A DNA stretch of 64,000 bases from Podarcis bocagei. Its lineage: Eukaryota. Shown here one piece after another: positions 1 through 13,675 of the stretch; position 1 is the first letter of the stretch, and every line of letters begins with the position of its first letter. Made by a program: the position numbers and the translations under genes. Below the pieces are notes generated by a model, which was not told the DNA's origin, did not search any database, and saw only the letters and a program-made list of their open reading frames with translations. The DNA lies in the NCBI GenBank assembly GCA_964188305.1, contig OZ076889.1. One strand, written 5' to 3'.

Positions 1-626
1 CTAAGCAGAAACCAGAATCAACAGCAGACAGTGCTATTCTTACCGAGTGATTGAATTCTCTGGAGAAGTTTCATGGGTGTTTCAAAGACTCCAAAGTGCG
101 GGAACAACTAGATCAGTTTTGAGAAAAAATTCAGCAAATGATGCCCTTCAAGGATTTCAATTCAAGCTGTGAGGACTGCAAGCAACACGGAAATGCAGGC
201 CAAATGCAACAGCATGACTATGCTGGAATTCTGCATACTGTGCATCTCTCAGGAGGAATTTCCTGCGCTAGGGAGACATGCACTAAGAATAGCATCTCTC
301 TTTGGGACAACCTACTGCTGTGAAGCATCGTTTCCGAAGCTGACGCAGGCCAAGAACCATCTTTGTGACAGATGACAACAGAAAGGCAGCAAGAGTGACG
401 TCAACATCCACACAGCCACGCTTGGCAAGGCTCACAAAGGTAAAGAGGGTGCAATCACCACACTAAATAAAATAAAACAACACAAAACAAGCATGTCCAT
501 TATTTGCATCAAAGGTGAGGATTTAAAATTTTAACCCACCCACTTTGCCTGTGGCCCTCCCATTTGGCCTCAAAAGGGTAACCTTGTGCATCTCTGACCC
601 ACAGGCTGAAAGATGTTCCCCATCTA
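1..626 (+). mobile_element. Degenerate hAT (Charlie/GTF2IRD2-like) DNA transposon remnant: transposase C-terminus plus 3' end
   Basis: ORF 169-375 contains ALRIASLFGTTYCCEASFPKLTQAKNHL, matching the hAT C-terminal dimerisation motif (FGSTYxCE). A hAT-like terminal segment follows at ~540-626. Confidence 0.65.
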
Positions 627-1656
627 TCAACTTCCAGAACTGAAACCCATGCAAGGCCAAAGACTTGAGTTTTATATTCATTTTGCTTGCAAGGCCAGAA
701 ATTTCCTCTAGCCAACAGCAAGGAAACATCATAGGAGAACCCAGAGGTTCCCTTTCTCTGTCGGAAGGTGTCTTACTTCAACAGAAGAATGAGAAAACAG
801 TGGTTTTTACTGACAAGCAAGGAATGGTTTTTTGGGTTTTGAAGAACACTCCCAACGCAATATAAAATTGGAGATGTGTCCAGGTTTTTATTATGAGCTG
901 ATTATATGCTTATGTTTAGGCAAATTTAGTACACCCCCTGGGTTACATATCACTCACTGAACTGCGCTTATTAAATCTGGGCCAGATGGCTGATGGTAAA
1001 GTAGTTTGTAGGACTGCGTCTCCGTGGAGAATAATTTTACGCTGTACTTGGTGACCAGACTGTTGCTGAATGCAACTTCATCATGGTATTTAAATCACAT
1101 TAAAGCCCTTTAAAATTTATATGCTGCCTCCCCCTTGTGATTTTTGTCTGACTACATGCTCACTGCTAGTTTCAGGGCAATGGTGTGCTTTTACCAGCTT
1201 CCTTCTTTTTTGTTCTTGGAAGAACCCGACTATCTATTTACTGAAAAATCTCTTACAGCAGACAATACTGAGCGGGATGAGCCAATCACTGAAACGCCCC
1301 ATCATCCCTGGCCATTGGCTTTGCTGGCAGGTTTTGATGGGAGCTGGAGTCTATCAACATCCGGAGGGCCACAGGTTCCCCACTTGTGGTCTACACTGAG
1401 CAGCATCTCTTTGTAGTTTGATAAACGAGTCCTATAGCAACCCAGATACGTCAGGGTTTGAACCTGTGACCTCCTGCATTCAATGTATGTGCTCTATAAT
1501 TGCACTGTGGCTCTTTTTTGTTTGAAACAGATGGATAAATCTACAGGTACGGCTTCTCATTCACCCCCGGCAACAACGAACTCTCAGGGGCTTGAACTTG
1601 AGCATAACAGGCAAGGTTGTGTGGTTGCAGCCTTTCAGCAACTCTTTCATCAGGTA

Positions 1657-1660
<4 letters not shown>

Positions 1661-1709
<49 letters not shown>
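1661..1709. repeat. Compound microsatellite (CT)n(CA)n
   Basis: Directly visible. Confidence 0.95.
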
Positions 1710-4700
1710 GATAAACTGCATCAGAAACTACCTAGTTTGGCATTTCATCAACAACACATGGATCATCATGTTAGATTTGCTCTCTATGGATGCAAATATT
1801 GCAAGAGATGGGTACAGTATTACAAATATTTCCCATGATCCCATTTTATGTTTGCTATCTGCATTCCCTGATCATGCCAATGATCTCCATCCAAAACTGA
1901 TGGTTAATTCTGTTATAGTGGGTGCAAATTTAATCATAACTCAGAATCAGAAAGAGGCAAAAACAAAACAAAATTGCACCTGGAAATGTAGTATAGAGAA
2001 CATTATGGCAGTTTCTAAAAAATTACAAATCGCTTACAAAGTACAATGGGGAAAAGTTTGTATTAAAGATTTTGCTACTCTATGGCTAATCACCGCCCAT
2101 AAGTCTGGTAACCCCCTCAAAGCATAAGACACAGAGCTATCTGATCTTCTTTGGGACTATACTTACCTTAGCTTTCTGCTCAATAACTAGGAATTACCCC
2201 TGAACTGGATCAAACTATCATACTTTATATTACCAGATGTAATGAATTATTTTTTAAAGGATCTATTTTTACCTATGGATAATCCTATATCAACCTATTT
2301 TATTTTGGTACTGGTTCTATATAGAGCATTATAGCAAGCTGCTAATGAAATATATGATCTACTCTCTCGTGCTCAAATGGAGCTGTGCAATGTAAAACAG
2401 CCTACATCCAGTGCACACAAAGACCCTTGCTGACTTGTATATATTGTACATTGTCTAAACCTGTGACTCTCCAGTGTTGTTAAGACAAAAACCCAGCTGC
2501 CTAAGAGAATCTTCACGGTTCTCTGGATTGCACTGAATAAAGTAGCAACACTGGATTTGTAGGGATGGTGTGGGTTTTTTATGCTGAGTAGTACCATAGC
2601 AACACTGCATTCAGCACCCTGCAACAGATAGTCAGCACTGTTAGAGGGGACCACAGTACAAGTCAGCAACAGTTTTAGAACATGTCAGAGGACCTATGGC
2701 CCTCTGGATGCAGTTTGACACCAACTTAGATCAGCCCAAGCCACTACGGCTGAAGGTCTAGGATTAGGGGATTTTCAGATATGCTTTGTAGAATGATGAA
2801 AGCAGCTTATGCAATCCACCCAAATCAAAGTGCTTCAGTATGTGTAACTTTGCAAGATAACCCCCCGGTTTGCTCTTTTTACTAAAAGAAAAGCTAAATT
2901 AGATTTTACGTGTAATAGCTTTGAAAATTTTGCTCCAAGAACTCTTACAGAACTGTGGAAGCAGCAGATCCTTGTGAATCCAGATGGCTTATAAACCATG
3001 GTGTCAACTAACTTCTATAAAACTTACTAAGGTGGCAAGTAGTCTAGACTAAACTACATAATTGCTCCTTTGGGCAGATTTTTTTATTTTTTAGAGACAT
3101 GTCTTCCCATTTTCTTTTTACTCAACACCAAGGTCTAAAAACGCATTAGTTTGACATCACACCATCCATAGTCTGCTCCATAGAACGAGACCTTAAAGCA
3201 AACTGAAATGTAAAGCCAGCACTTTTTTCACCCCTAATTAAATCATTTGCCATCTGCTCCATACTGTGAAGAAATCATGTTAGCCTGCAGGTTGCTTAAT
3301 TTGTTTGCTTCTAGTGGTGGTAGTTTGAGCTTATCTGGCATGGTTCCAGTTAAAATCTGAAACTGCCTTTTAATTTTGTATGGAAAGTTTGGTGACATCT
3401 ACTGCATTCATTATTAACCAGAACTCCCTGCAAGTTTGTACAGGAGTTGTAAAAAAAAAGAAGAAAAGCATCTTACCTTCGTTATGGAACCTAACCAGCT
3501 GTGCACTTAAGGAGAAACACTCAAGCCTGATGCTTTGTCCAGGGCAAGACAGATGCTCCAATCCTTTATTGCCCTGGTTCCTCTTCTCTTAAATCATGTC
3601 AACCAACATATTTGAAGCTACACGCAGAAGAGAGAGAATTCCCACTCACAGGCTTACTCAAAAATAAATACGTAAACAAGAAATTCTGCTTATCTGCTAT
3701 TAAGAGTTGTTGCTACAATTTTACACTTTTGTCAACTCTATTGGTAGCCAACATCTTCCAGCAACTTTCAGCATTCACATTCAAGAACATTAACAAGATG
3801 TGAACTCTATTCAGCAAAGAATGATGACAAATTGAAGAGGCTCCGAGGTAATAGGAATGCACACAGAACCTTATTTTCTGATGCCATTCTCGTTTCTTAC
3901 ACAGTTTTGAGCTGTGTTCCCAGCAGTTTCTACATCCTAGAAAGTAGATATGCTATTTTATACATTATTTTTACATGATATAATTGGCTTCTTTGTGAAA
4001 GAGGCAGATGAAAGGCATTTCGAGTGAGTGGTATATATACTATGTTGACATGCAGATCCTTACTCAGGTAAAATACAGTTTAATCTTGTTAACTCACACT
4101 CTACTTTGTCAGTCATTCTTTTTACACTCCAGTCAGAATGAAATGAGAGAAAATCAGATTGTAGCATTTGGTACTGCAGTACAAACTTAAGGTATAAACA
4201 AGTTGCACTGGGTTGCATTTCACAGACATATAGACACATGATTTGTGTCTGTACCCGTTTTAAGAGATACAGCAGGAATACTAATAAGTGCAGCTACCTT
4301 AAATATCCAAAGAACAATCACAATGGCGATATGATTCCAGTACAGAAAGAGAAGCATATAATGTTTCCACTTTTATTTCCATTTTCTTCAGCACAGCATT
4401 TTGCAAATGCGAAAGATATAATTGAACATTAGTTGGCCCTATTGTACATCTTAAAGCTTTGGAGTGTTGAGGAATCAATAATTCAGGTCCTGCAAATAGT
4501 GTATCTAAAGTGATGCATACCTGCTCTATGATGCATGCTTTATGTTGTGATGTTCTGTAGAACTCTGGGTCTTTGCTTCTTTTTAAATCCACAGCACAAG
4601 AGAGATGTTACAATAGGAACAATTACTCTAGGTTTGACACTGATCAGAAAGGCAATGATTGTTGAAGACTTGTCCATAGGATGTAGCATCTTAAAGAAAT

Positions 4701-5059
4701 AAATCCATCACTCTACCAGCATATCATCTCAACTCACTGGCTATGTTTATTCAAATATTTGAATAATATCAAGTAGCCATTTCATAAGTAGAGAACAACT
4801 GCAGTTATATAAAAATTCAAATATGGACACTCCTTGCTGTGTAGCCCATGCAATGCCCCCCACAAAGGATTGGGCTGGGGGCAGATCTCATTATTTGTTA
4901 AGTCACCGTTCTAGAAAAACATTTATTCCAATGAACAAACGAAGGTTGAGTCTGCTGTGAGTCCATAGGAATAGGACTGAGGTTGGGGAATAACCATGGG
5001 TAAATTGAGAGTGGCAAAGCTGCAGTTAAGAAGCAGAAAGGCTGAGAAGAGGGACCTAT

Positions 5060-5176
5060 GGGTCTCCAGCTGTTGTTAGACTCCAACGCCCATCAGTCTC
5101 AACCAGCATGGTCTATGGCAAGGGATGATGGGAGTTGTGGTCCAGCAACATCTGGAGGGTCACACATTTCCCATCT
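5060..5176. mobile_element. Short palindromic hAT-type MITE (ctccaactcccatc...gatgggagttgt family); related copies at ~40240-40340 and ~50455-50550
   Basis: Internal inverted motif gactacaactcccatc/gatgggagttgtagtc recurs at several places in the window. Confidence 0.5.
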
Positions 5177-6399
5177 ACTTAGAAAGAAAATGATAGGTAC
5201 AAAGTAGAGGCCAGCTGCAATGCACAATAACTTTATACTGCACCACCCACCTTTAGATTAAAAGCTCAAGATAAAAGTGTACAGTTGTGTAGTATGTTGG
5301 GCTTTGGCTAGGAAGTCTTGGGTTAAGAACCTGGTTTGACAACTTGGCAAGTCATAGTCTCTCAGCTAAATAGGAGGAATATTTTTTGTATGTGACAGAG
5401 ATGGTTGAGGAGAGCACAGCAAAGGTGGTCTGCAGTCAGCGAGAACAGGTTTCCTAATTGCTCAGACCTGCAAAAAGCAAGTCTCCCTGCAGTTCTTTCT
5501 TTGGGCCACAGATGGTTGAAAAGTAGAGAATGAACCTTAGTCTGACATTCCTCAAGCTTTCAAGTGCAAGAATCACTGCAGGATTGAGTATGAATTATGG
5601 ATTTTTAGGCTATCGAATAAGCAGGTAGAACACTTTAACTTTACTTCTGCCATTTCTAAAGAAACACCAAATGTTATACAGTTTTGATGAAGCACTCCCT
5701 TCGAGAACAGGGGTGAGGGACCTCCCAGCCCATGGATTTAATTAAATCCACCAGGCCTCCCCATTGGGTCTATGAGGCCATTTTGGCCAAGCCACACTCA
5801 CCTGCCTTATAGTTAGAGTCATGGCTGAGCCCAAAGGCGTTTTGGTGGAACAGCCCATCAGTTGACCAACATATCTGCAAAGCCCTCTGCAGTATTGAAG
5901 CCCTGGCTATCAGCTGATGACCAGCTGATTGTCACTGCTTGAAGAGAGCCCTGCACAACCAACCGTCAGCTGACTGACCAAGCTTTGTAGTACAGCTTCG
6001 CTGATCAACTGGGATTGGCTGCATTAGGAAACTCAGTTTTGAGGAGGCAAAAACCATTTCCCTCCCTGGGTGCAGTTGTGGTTTCCATTTGCTTAAGCAT
6101 AAGACTTTTTTTTGTTAAGTAATACCAACCATGTACAGTAAAGGAGATCCTGGTATGAATCTCTTCAGTCTCTATACATACACACAAAAGACTTGCCTGC
6201 ACTATATTTTCCACTGGTTTTCCTTGCCTGCTCTTGAAACCATTGCCAAATTATAGAAGTTTCTATACATTTAAGTCAGATGCATTTTACCTGGGAACTA
6301 ATATTACATTTTCATCACAGGTACTTTGCTTGAGATCCTTCAAAAGATCAAAAGAGAAAAATCAACTTTGTATGCCACACATAATGTAAAATAATAGTT

Positions 6400-7903
6400 C
6401 ACATTACAGACATTTTAATGTTTTCTTTTAACCTTTTTATTTAGAGAGATATATTCTTGGTAAGGAGATATACCATGAGGAAAGCAATTTCACTGGCTGT
6501 GAGGTATGTATATTCTCCACCAAAATACTCCTCACATCTCAACTGCTTTTATAACTTTATTTACACGCAAAACAATATCAATGCTTTTCCTTGGCTTAAC
6601 TACAGTATTAGTCACCCTACATGAATAAAATGAAACATTACTTGCATTACAGAACCAGTTTTCAAAAGAGGAATTTGCTTATTTGTTGAAACGTGACATT
6701 TCATTTTTGTGAACAGCCAATACTTATTTTGACCAAGACACCTGCACCATATTTTTTCCATCCTCACAGCACATTTATTTCAATAATTCTGTAAATAGGT
6801 CCTTAGCATGAGCATAGTGTTACAGTTTTCATACATATAATTACATCCAAAACAAGTTTTAAAATTCAAATTGTAAACATTCTCTTCATATGTAGAAACT
6901 TATTTTTTTTTTTGTCCAAGGGTGTTATGATTTCTTTAAACAATTGTAAAATGAAAAGTCTAGGCTAAGTCATGTAGTGAGCAATGCTTCTTAGTACATT
7001 TCTACAGTATTAAATAAAAGAGGTGGCAAAAAATGTCAAAAATGTCCTGTAAGCAACTCATACTTAAGCTAGGCATAAAAAGAAAGACTTAACAAAATTG
7101 TGATTAAAAATAAAGAAAACTGTGAGTGCTTGATGCAACAAATGGAAAGGGGAAATACCATTACTGCTGACAAAGTTGGAGGTAGCATGGATGCACCATT
7201 TTATTGTCAGTGAGAAATGCAAGTGAAGTAAAGAATATTATTTCCTTACCACAAATAGTTTCCAGTACTATGTACATTATTTTTAGAAATTTGTTTAACA
7301 AGTTTCCCTCTACTTTTAGTACAAAAGAGTCTCGTGTGATTAAAAAAACACTTACACAGCTAGATAAGAGTAGTACTAATTGCCCTATTTGAATGGAACA
7401 GTCTCTTGAACTATGAAGTACATGATATTTAATGCCCTAAATTGAGTTAATTGCATTAGCATTTCTTGGTATTGTACAAAACACTACATACATACAAACA
7501 AAATATAATATTTTACTAAGCAAGGGTTTTTTGTTTAATAAACAGAGCTTTGATTCTGGTAACACTGTAAAGAATGTTTTCATTTCATAAAACCTATCTT
7601 AAGTACCCATGTGCAACATTTTAAAAACGGCTGCTTACGTGTAATGGGCTTGTATCAATAGTGAACACAGTAATTGACAAAAAACATAGTAAACTTTAAA
7701 AACACATCTTCCACCCTATATAAAATATAAAGACTACTTACGGTAACTGTTTTAAGTACTCAATTGTTTGGATGTTAACTGTCACTCTTCTCCCCATTTT
7801 CCGGCTTCAGATTTTATAAACAGATAATTTATTTTAACCTTAAAAAAACTAACAAAGATATTTAAAATGTTCATTCAATGCAATATGAAGTGTTTCCAAC
7901 GTT
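6400..7903 (-). other. ZNF644: ZNF644 3'UTR (~1.1-1.5 kb, AU-rich, no obvious TEs)
   Basis: Follows the TAG at 7904-7906 and contains several polyA signals and miRNA seed matches. The 3' end is approximate. Confidence 0.75.
6414..6779 (-). terminator. Cluster of polyadenylation signals for ZNF644
   Basis: Minus-strand AATAAA at 6774-6779, 6556-6561 and 6436-6441; ATTAAA at 6414-6419. Confidence 0.65.
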
Positions 7904-8096
7904 CTATGAAGCTGCTTCCGCCATCAGGAAAGAAAATGAAGTTTCAGTAATTGAGGCAGGTTTTTTAAGCAGTGACGTTACTTCCACCATGCCAGCCCCA
8001 GTTCGAGGAAGATTTGCGTTGACAATGTGGCGTTGAAGGTGTTTTATCCAGTCTTCTTGAACAGACAAGGGCCCCCGAAACACCAGACCACAAAAC
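7904..8096 (-). CDS. ZNF644: ZNF644 terminal coding exon (WIZ-type C-terminal zinc finger)
   Basis: Acceptor gcag|G. 193 nt encoding (R)[63 protein letters not shown], near-identical to the mammalian ZNF644 C-terminus. Confidence 0.97.
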
Positions 8097-8598
8097 CTGC
8101 AGTGTTTTTAAAATCATCCAAATAAAGCACATTAGCATTGTAATTGAACTTTGTGTTAAGTGCAGTAGATTCACAAAAGAACGACAGAAAAACTAAGCCT
8201 GCGTATGCATATCACTGATAGATTTAAAAAAATTCCTGGGTGTTAATTCAGCTATCGTTTATCCCAGGTATAAGTAACTCTAGATACAAAAAACAGAAGC
8301 ATACAACTTTATATCACAAATTATACCTATAATTCTAAAACTACAACTGTGAATTAAAAACTGGCATCTGGTTTTCTTCTTCTCTCCCCATCTTTCTTCA
8401 ATTTGTGTTGTGTTTTTAGACGATAAGCATGAGGGCAGGAATGGTCTTATCTTTTAAGCCAACTGCTATACGCTACTACTGCAAAGTGTTTTGTGAGTCC
8501 CAACTCATAATAGAGGAAAGGTAAATAATCTAATGTGAGGTTCTCGGTCCAGTTCAAGGTGCTAGTTATTACCTAAGTAAAGTCCTAATTAGGTAGCA

Positions 8599-8844
8599 CA
8601 GTGGTACCTTGTTTTGAGTCCGCCTCATTGAGCATCCATTTCAACGACTGCCCATGGCAAACCCAGAAATACTAGAACGGGTTGCTTTCAGGTTCGCTGC
8701 TCGCACATGCGCAGAAGCACTAAATCGCACTTCACGCATGCGCAGAAGCACACACCGCTCCACGCACACGCTTTGTTGTGCGTCCTTTTCGTCTAGCGTC
8801 CAGGGCTCTGGAACAGATCCCAGTTGCAAAACAAGGTACAACTG
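8599..8844. mobile_element. Tc1/mariner-superfamily (Tigger/pogo-like) MITE
   Basis: TIRs CAGTGGTACCTTGTTTT ... AAAACAAGGTACAACTG, followed by TA. Confidence 0.8.
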
Positions 8845-9246
8845 TACCTCTCCTCAAATTAGGTTACCCTTCCTTAAATTCCTAGAGTGTGGGGAAGCCT
8901 TGCTAATATTCACTTTCATTAGCAGTGACTTATTTGCTGGGATGCAGGGAAGTAATGAGGGCCTGGGGGAGGGGGGAATCAAGGAAAATAAGGCTTTCTC
9001 AGTTTCCCCCCAAATGACTTCCCATTTCCCTCAACCGACTTCTCGAATTATCAGCAACACAACTGGTCAGTTAGTTAAGTACTTTCATTTATTAGCTACC
9101 GGCTACACTCATGCATAGCGAGCATCATTAGGTCCACAGGTCACTAGATTTTTGTACATACATGACACTCAAATACAAGATGCATTTCTACAAATCAGAA
9201 ACAAGCTATAGCTACTCCAAATGACTCAATGCAGTTCCACATATAC

Positions 9247-9349
9247 CTGCACCGGAGTATGTAAACTTCATCAGCACCATGAGGTAATGGCAGAATTTTT
9301 TTCTTGCTCCCAGATCTTGATCTTGATTTTTTTTGCTTACAATCTATGG
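9247..9349 (-). CDS. ZNF644: ZNF644 penultimate coding exon
   Basis: ttctcttcatag|...|gtatat. 103 nt encoding (A)[33 protein letters not shown](R); phases 1 and 2 fit the neighbouring exons. Confidence 0.97.
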
Positions 9350-12300
9350 CTATGAAGAGAAAATAAAATCATGTAGATAGATATAAGTTTTGAGCACTTT
9401 ACTGGATAATTCCCTCCCCCCAAAATAAGTTAAAGGATGCTTCTATTCTCACTTATTTTCTATACCATATTAAATTATGTAACTTGAAAATGTGCACTTT
9501 CCAATTCATCATAAAGCTGAAGTGTGCACACCATTTTCATGCACAAATGAGCTTACATGCTTGACACCTACAGTTTAAGTTTAATTTTAAAACATGTATA
9601 TTTGATGACCAAACCACATTTCAGACTACTAAGTCATTCTACCTAACTGGTAACCCAAGCATCATGCTTTGCTTGTAAATTTTATCAATATAGAGGCCTT
9701 CAATATCATTTGAAATGTCAATATCATTTGTTTTCATCATGCAGCCAACAACCATAACTCAAAGGACCGATGATTAAATATAAAGTATGCTTTGACAAAC
9801 TTCATAACTAGAACTTTTGTATATATTACACTGAAACGTTTTCTGTTCTGTATGCTAAAGGAGTCTTATGATAACAGTTTTGTTTTGGTTTTAAGTTCTT
9901 AAGGCTGAAGAGTATCAGGATCTCCAACCATTGCTGATTGTCCCTTTAATAAGGTGTACTGGAATCAGATGTGCTACAGAATTATTACTGATTTGTGTCA
10001 GGGTGATGTGAATTCTTTTGAGGTACAAAAGGAAATAAAGCAATGTAGGGAATTCAAAAGGAAAAGCCTAGTCTGACAAGAATGCACTGTTTAGTTCCTA
10101 ATGTAATTGAACATGAAACACTTAGGATATTTTGGGAAATGAATGCATGCCGCTTTATCCAAGCACATGTACCAGCAGTACAAAAGAGCTGGAAACAAAG
10201 CAAGAATTCTACTTGCAAATACCTACTTAAGTTTGTGATTAATGTAACCCTCTTCTACAGAGAAGGATAATGTCAGAAACTGTGTAAAGTAAAATGCTCT
10301 CAAAATAATATAACCTCCAAATTCCTCATCTAAGCTACTTATGGCATGAAGAAGATAAAAGGCAGGACAGTCTGCAGTTTCCATCTGACAGCTACTACAA
10401 CCTAACAATCAGAATATATGCTGGAATCCAGGGAGTCAAGGTAAACTTTAAAGAATTTAACAGCAAGCTTTTGTCCATACCTCAAATCAAATAGCGTAAC
10501 ATTTTCAAACAAAAATCCACAAACTATAGGATGAGGTGTTTCCTCCTATCACCTAGATAATAATAATAAAATACAGAAATGGAAAATGTATTGCATTGCT
10601 GCACTCAAAAACCACTGAGCATCACCAAGGAAATTCTCTCTTCGGAATGAAACTATGATAATTGTATTGGTATTGGAGATGCCATACCATTCATAACAGC
10701 ATTTTCTGGCTACTATTTAAAGGACAAGCATTGGCAAAAAAGGAAGAAGGCACAGTTCCAAATAACACCTATCTCTGCATGTGTGTCTTGGATATATAAA
10801 TGGCAAAACTAGGCTAAAGAATTAAAGACCACTATATGGGCAGCAGGACCAAGAATAGCGAAAAGCTCACTATTGCTTAGTTCCTCACATTTTCTTAGAT
10901 TTGATTTCCCAAGATAACCAGTTTTCAGGGGGGGGAATAAAATCTACCTCTCGTCCCAATTCTCAAATTATTAGACCTGCCATCAGCAAATGCTCTAGGG
11001 GTCTGAGATTACACCAGCTATTTGCTCTAAAGCTAGCTCTTCTCTTGCACAGATTACTGAAAGCTAAAATAGTCCTGGGACTTTGATTTAGAATGTCCTC
11101 CTGGAGGCAAAAACTCTAGATGTCACAGCACACTAACTGTACCAAATGACTGAAAAGCTTACATAGGCTGTAGAAGAAATGCAACCATGAATAGTGTGGG
11201 GAAAAACCCATTGCAACCACAATAACCACTCCCTCGATTTCACCTTTTTATAGCAGCCTGGATAACAAAGCGTGGGCATAAGATCTGATCAACTAAGAGC
11301 TTAAACAAGAACAAAATAATATATTACAGGCATTAATATATGCAGAAATTAGATTAATTTAACAACTGCAGGTTAATATATTATTAAAGATAAAACGTTA
11401 CAACTTCAAATGTTATGCCTTATTTAAACTTGGTATAATTGCCATGGAATGTGGAATGGAATATGGAATCTCCTTTCCCTATTTAACCTTATATTTAAAT
11501 TCAGGACTTAATTCCCCATCCTCCCTATACCAGCCAGCAGTCAGAAAGCAAGACCAGCATCTACAATGATATCTTCTCTCACTTTGCTTCTCACTGGCCT
11601 GATAAACGTTCAGTCACAGCAAATATGCTTTTCTGAGGAAAAAGTTCTCACTTGAGTCAGAACCACCATCTTAAAGATTCCAAGCTGCCTGTTTGCTGGA
11701 GCCTATCTGCTTCCTTAAGCACATTTCTTCCAGAAGTATCTACCTCCAGCTGCTTTCTTCATGTCCTTCCTCTTCTAGGATTACCTTAAGCTATGAGTCT
11801 TCATCTCATGACCACTTGGCACACCTCAACTCCACTAATCTTTATGCCATCTCTGCCTTCTCGTCTTTATCCCTCTCTGCCTCTGGACTTGTATATTTTG
11901 CTGGCCAGTCAATAGTGCCCCCTTCCATTGGTCTTTACCCAAGGACCGATATGAGTTTTCTGATGAGTAAAATTATCCAATGCAAAGCCACATGCACTGA
12001 AGTTCCCAAGTTCCCAATAACCAGCTTGCTTGGGAAGTGCTGTGCTGTGACTTTGACAGGCGTGTTGTCTTGATTACAAACACTCCAAAATTGCTAAGCT
12101 TTTTTTTTAAGAAGGCATTTTCTCCCAAAAAGAAAACATTATTTTTCCATTGACTTGCCTAAGATCTGGACAAAGCACCGCCAGCCAAAATTACTCAATG
12201 GGGATGGGGCCAGATGAGGTTCTGGCCTGCTGGCCCAAGATGTTCCCTTCCCCTGCTATAGAGTTTCCTGCATTGGCAGGAAATTGAACCGGATGTACCT

Positions 12301-13179
12301 TCCAACTCTCATTTTTAGAGCATTATCTAAGGCAGCAGAGTTAAATAAAAGAAAGGAGCCTGGAAGGCACCAAAGTTGCAATAGAAGGTAAATGCTGGAC
12401 TAAGGGAGAAGAATCTCCAAGAAACACAGCGAAGTACAACAGGGGAAAGATCTCAGAGAAACAAGAGAAGTCTCCTTGCCATTCCTGAATATGGCAGGCT
12501 GATGATAGCTTGCCAAGGAATCACCATTTAAACACTTTCTACCAAACTTGTAGAAAATAAAGCTAATTCCAATGGTAAAAGAATATAGCATGTTACCAGA
12601 TCACCACTGACAGCGAGCCATATGAATTCTTACAAGAATGATAAAAGCTGCTTGTTTCACAACAAAGTTTTATGGAAGCCAATTATCAAAAATAAACAAT
12701 ACCGAGCAACATAAAATCTGTAAGCTTCTTACATAGCATTTCATGTGTTAGCTAATAATACTTGAACTCGGATTCCCATTAAACTATTTGTTAACAGGAA
12801 TGATCTTCCCTAGTAGCAGGAGCCAACCCTACAAAAATAACCAAGAAATATGCCACAGAAAGTTTAAATGCTGTATTTTTACTGTACTTTAACATGTGTC
12901 CAACACAACAGTTCTGCAACCTCAAGAAGTTATCTGTAAATTTATTCTCCATCTGCAATCATATACATAAACAGCTAATGTTTCACAGGCAAACATCAAA
13001 CTTATGGTAATGTTTATTGAAAACTGTGGAAAGAAAGTTTCCCAACAAATGATCTGTGGCCAACATAGCATGTGGCAATTTACTGACAGACACATACAAA
13101 CAAATGACTCCACAGCAAGATCCTGCACATGACACTTGCAGGTCGTCCATGTGGGATGTTGCAAAACCCGCAAGAATTA

Positions 13180-13400
13180 ACACTTGGTTGTAGCAACACC
13201 CTAATGATTTGTTTCTTTTCAAGTGAACATTTATCATCATCTGCAGGGAAGACAAATGTCAGGGAAGTCTCCTTTTTTAAGAAGAGGTTTTCATATTCAA
13301 AGATCATATTGCCCATCACTTGGCCGACAAATTTCCTTTTCAACTGCACTCTCTCAAATGCAAAAATAATGAAGTTCCCAACTGACACCACTACTTTGGT
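13180..13400 (-). mobile_element. Fossil of a DNA transposase C-terminal domain (pogo/Fot1-like, tentative)
   Basis: VGNFIIFAF...KFVGQV...LFLKK...FVFPADDDKCSLEKKQIIRVLLQP resembles the GDFV..F...YVG.V...FL...F.FP..D...I...LP.P motif at the ends of DDE_1 transposases. Confidence 0.45.
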
Positions 13401-13675
13401 GACTCTTCCGGCTTCTGTGCTTCCTTTTGGAATAACATTTCCCATGGTGGCATCAGCCAAGCTAGAAGCCAAGCAGGAAGGGCCTGATATACCTGAGTGG
13501 AAGCGGGTAGAAGCTTCTACATGCTTCGATAAAGTGGGGTGGGGGTCTAGTAGAAAAATATGTTTCTACACTTTTCGAAGTCACGTCCAACTTGAGGTTA
13601 CTGATAACCATTAAAATCTATCTATCTACTAAACATATTAATGTGTAATTCTATTATCTTTCTTCGAGAAGCAAT

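Noticed and set aside
1483-2127. 214-aa ORF
   Set aside because: Runs through a (CT)n(CA)n microsatellite and AT-rich, possibly LINE-derived sequence; no recognisable domain.
8654-9118. 154-aa ORF antisense to ZNF644
   Set aside because: Starts inside a MITE; no homology or coding character.
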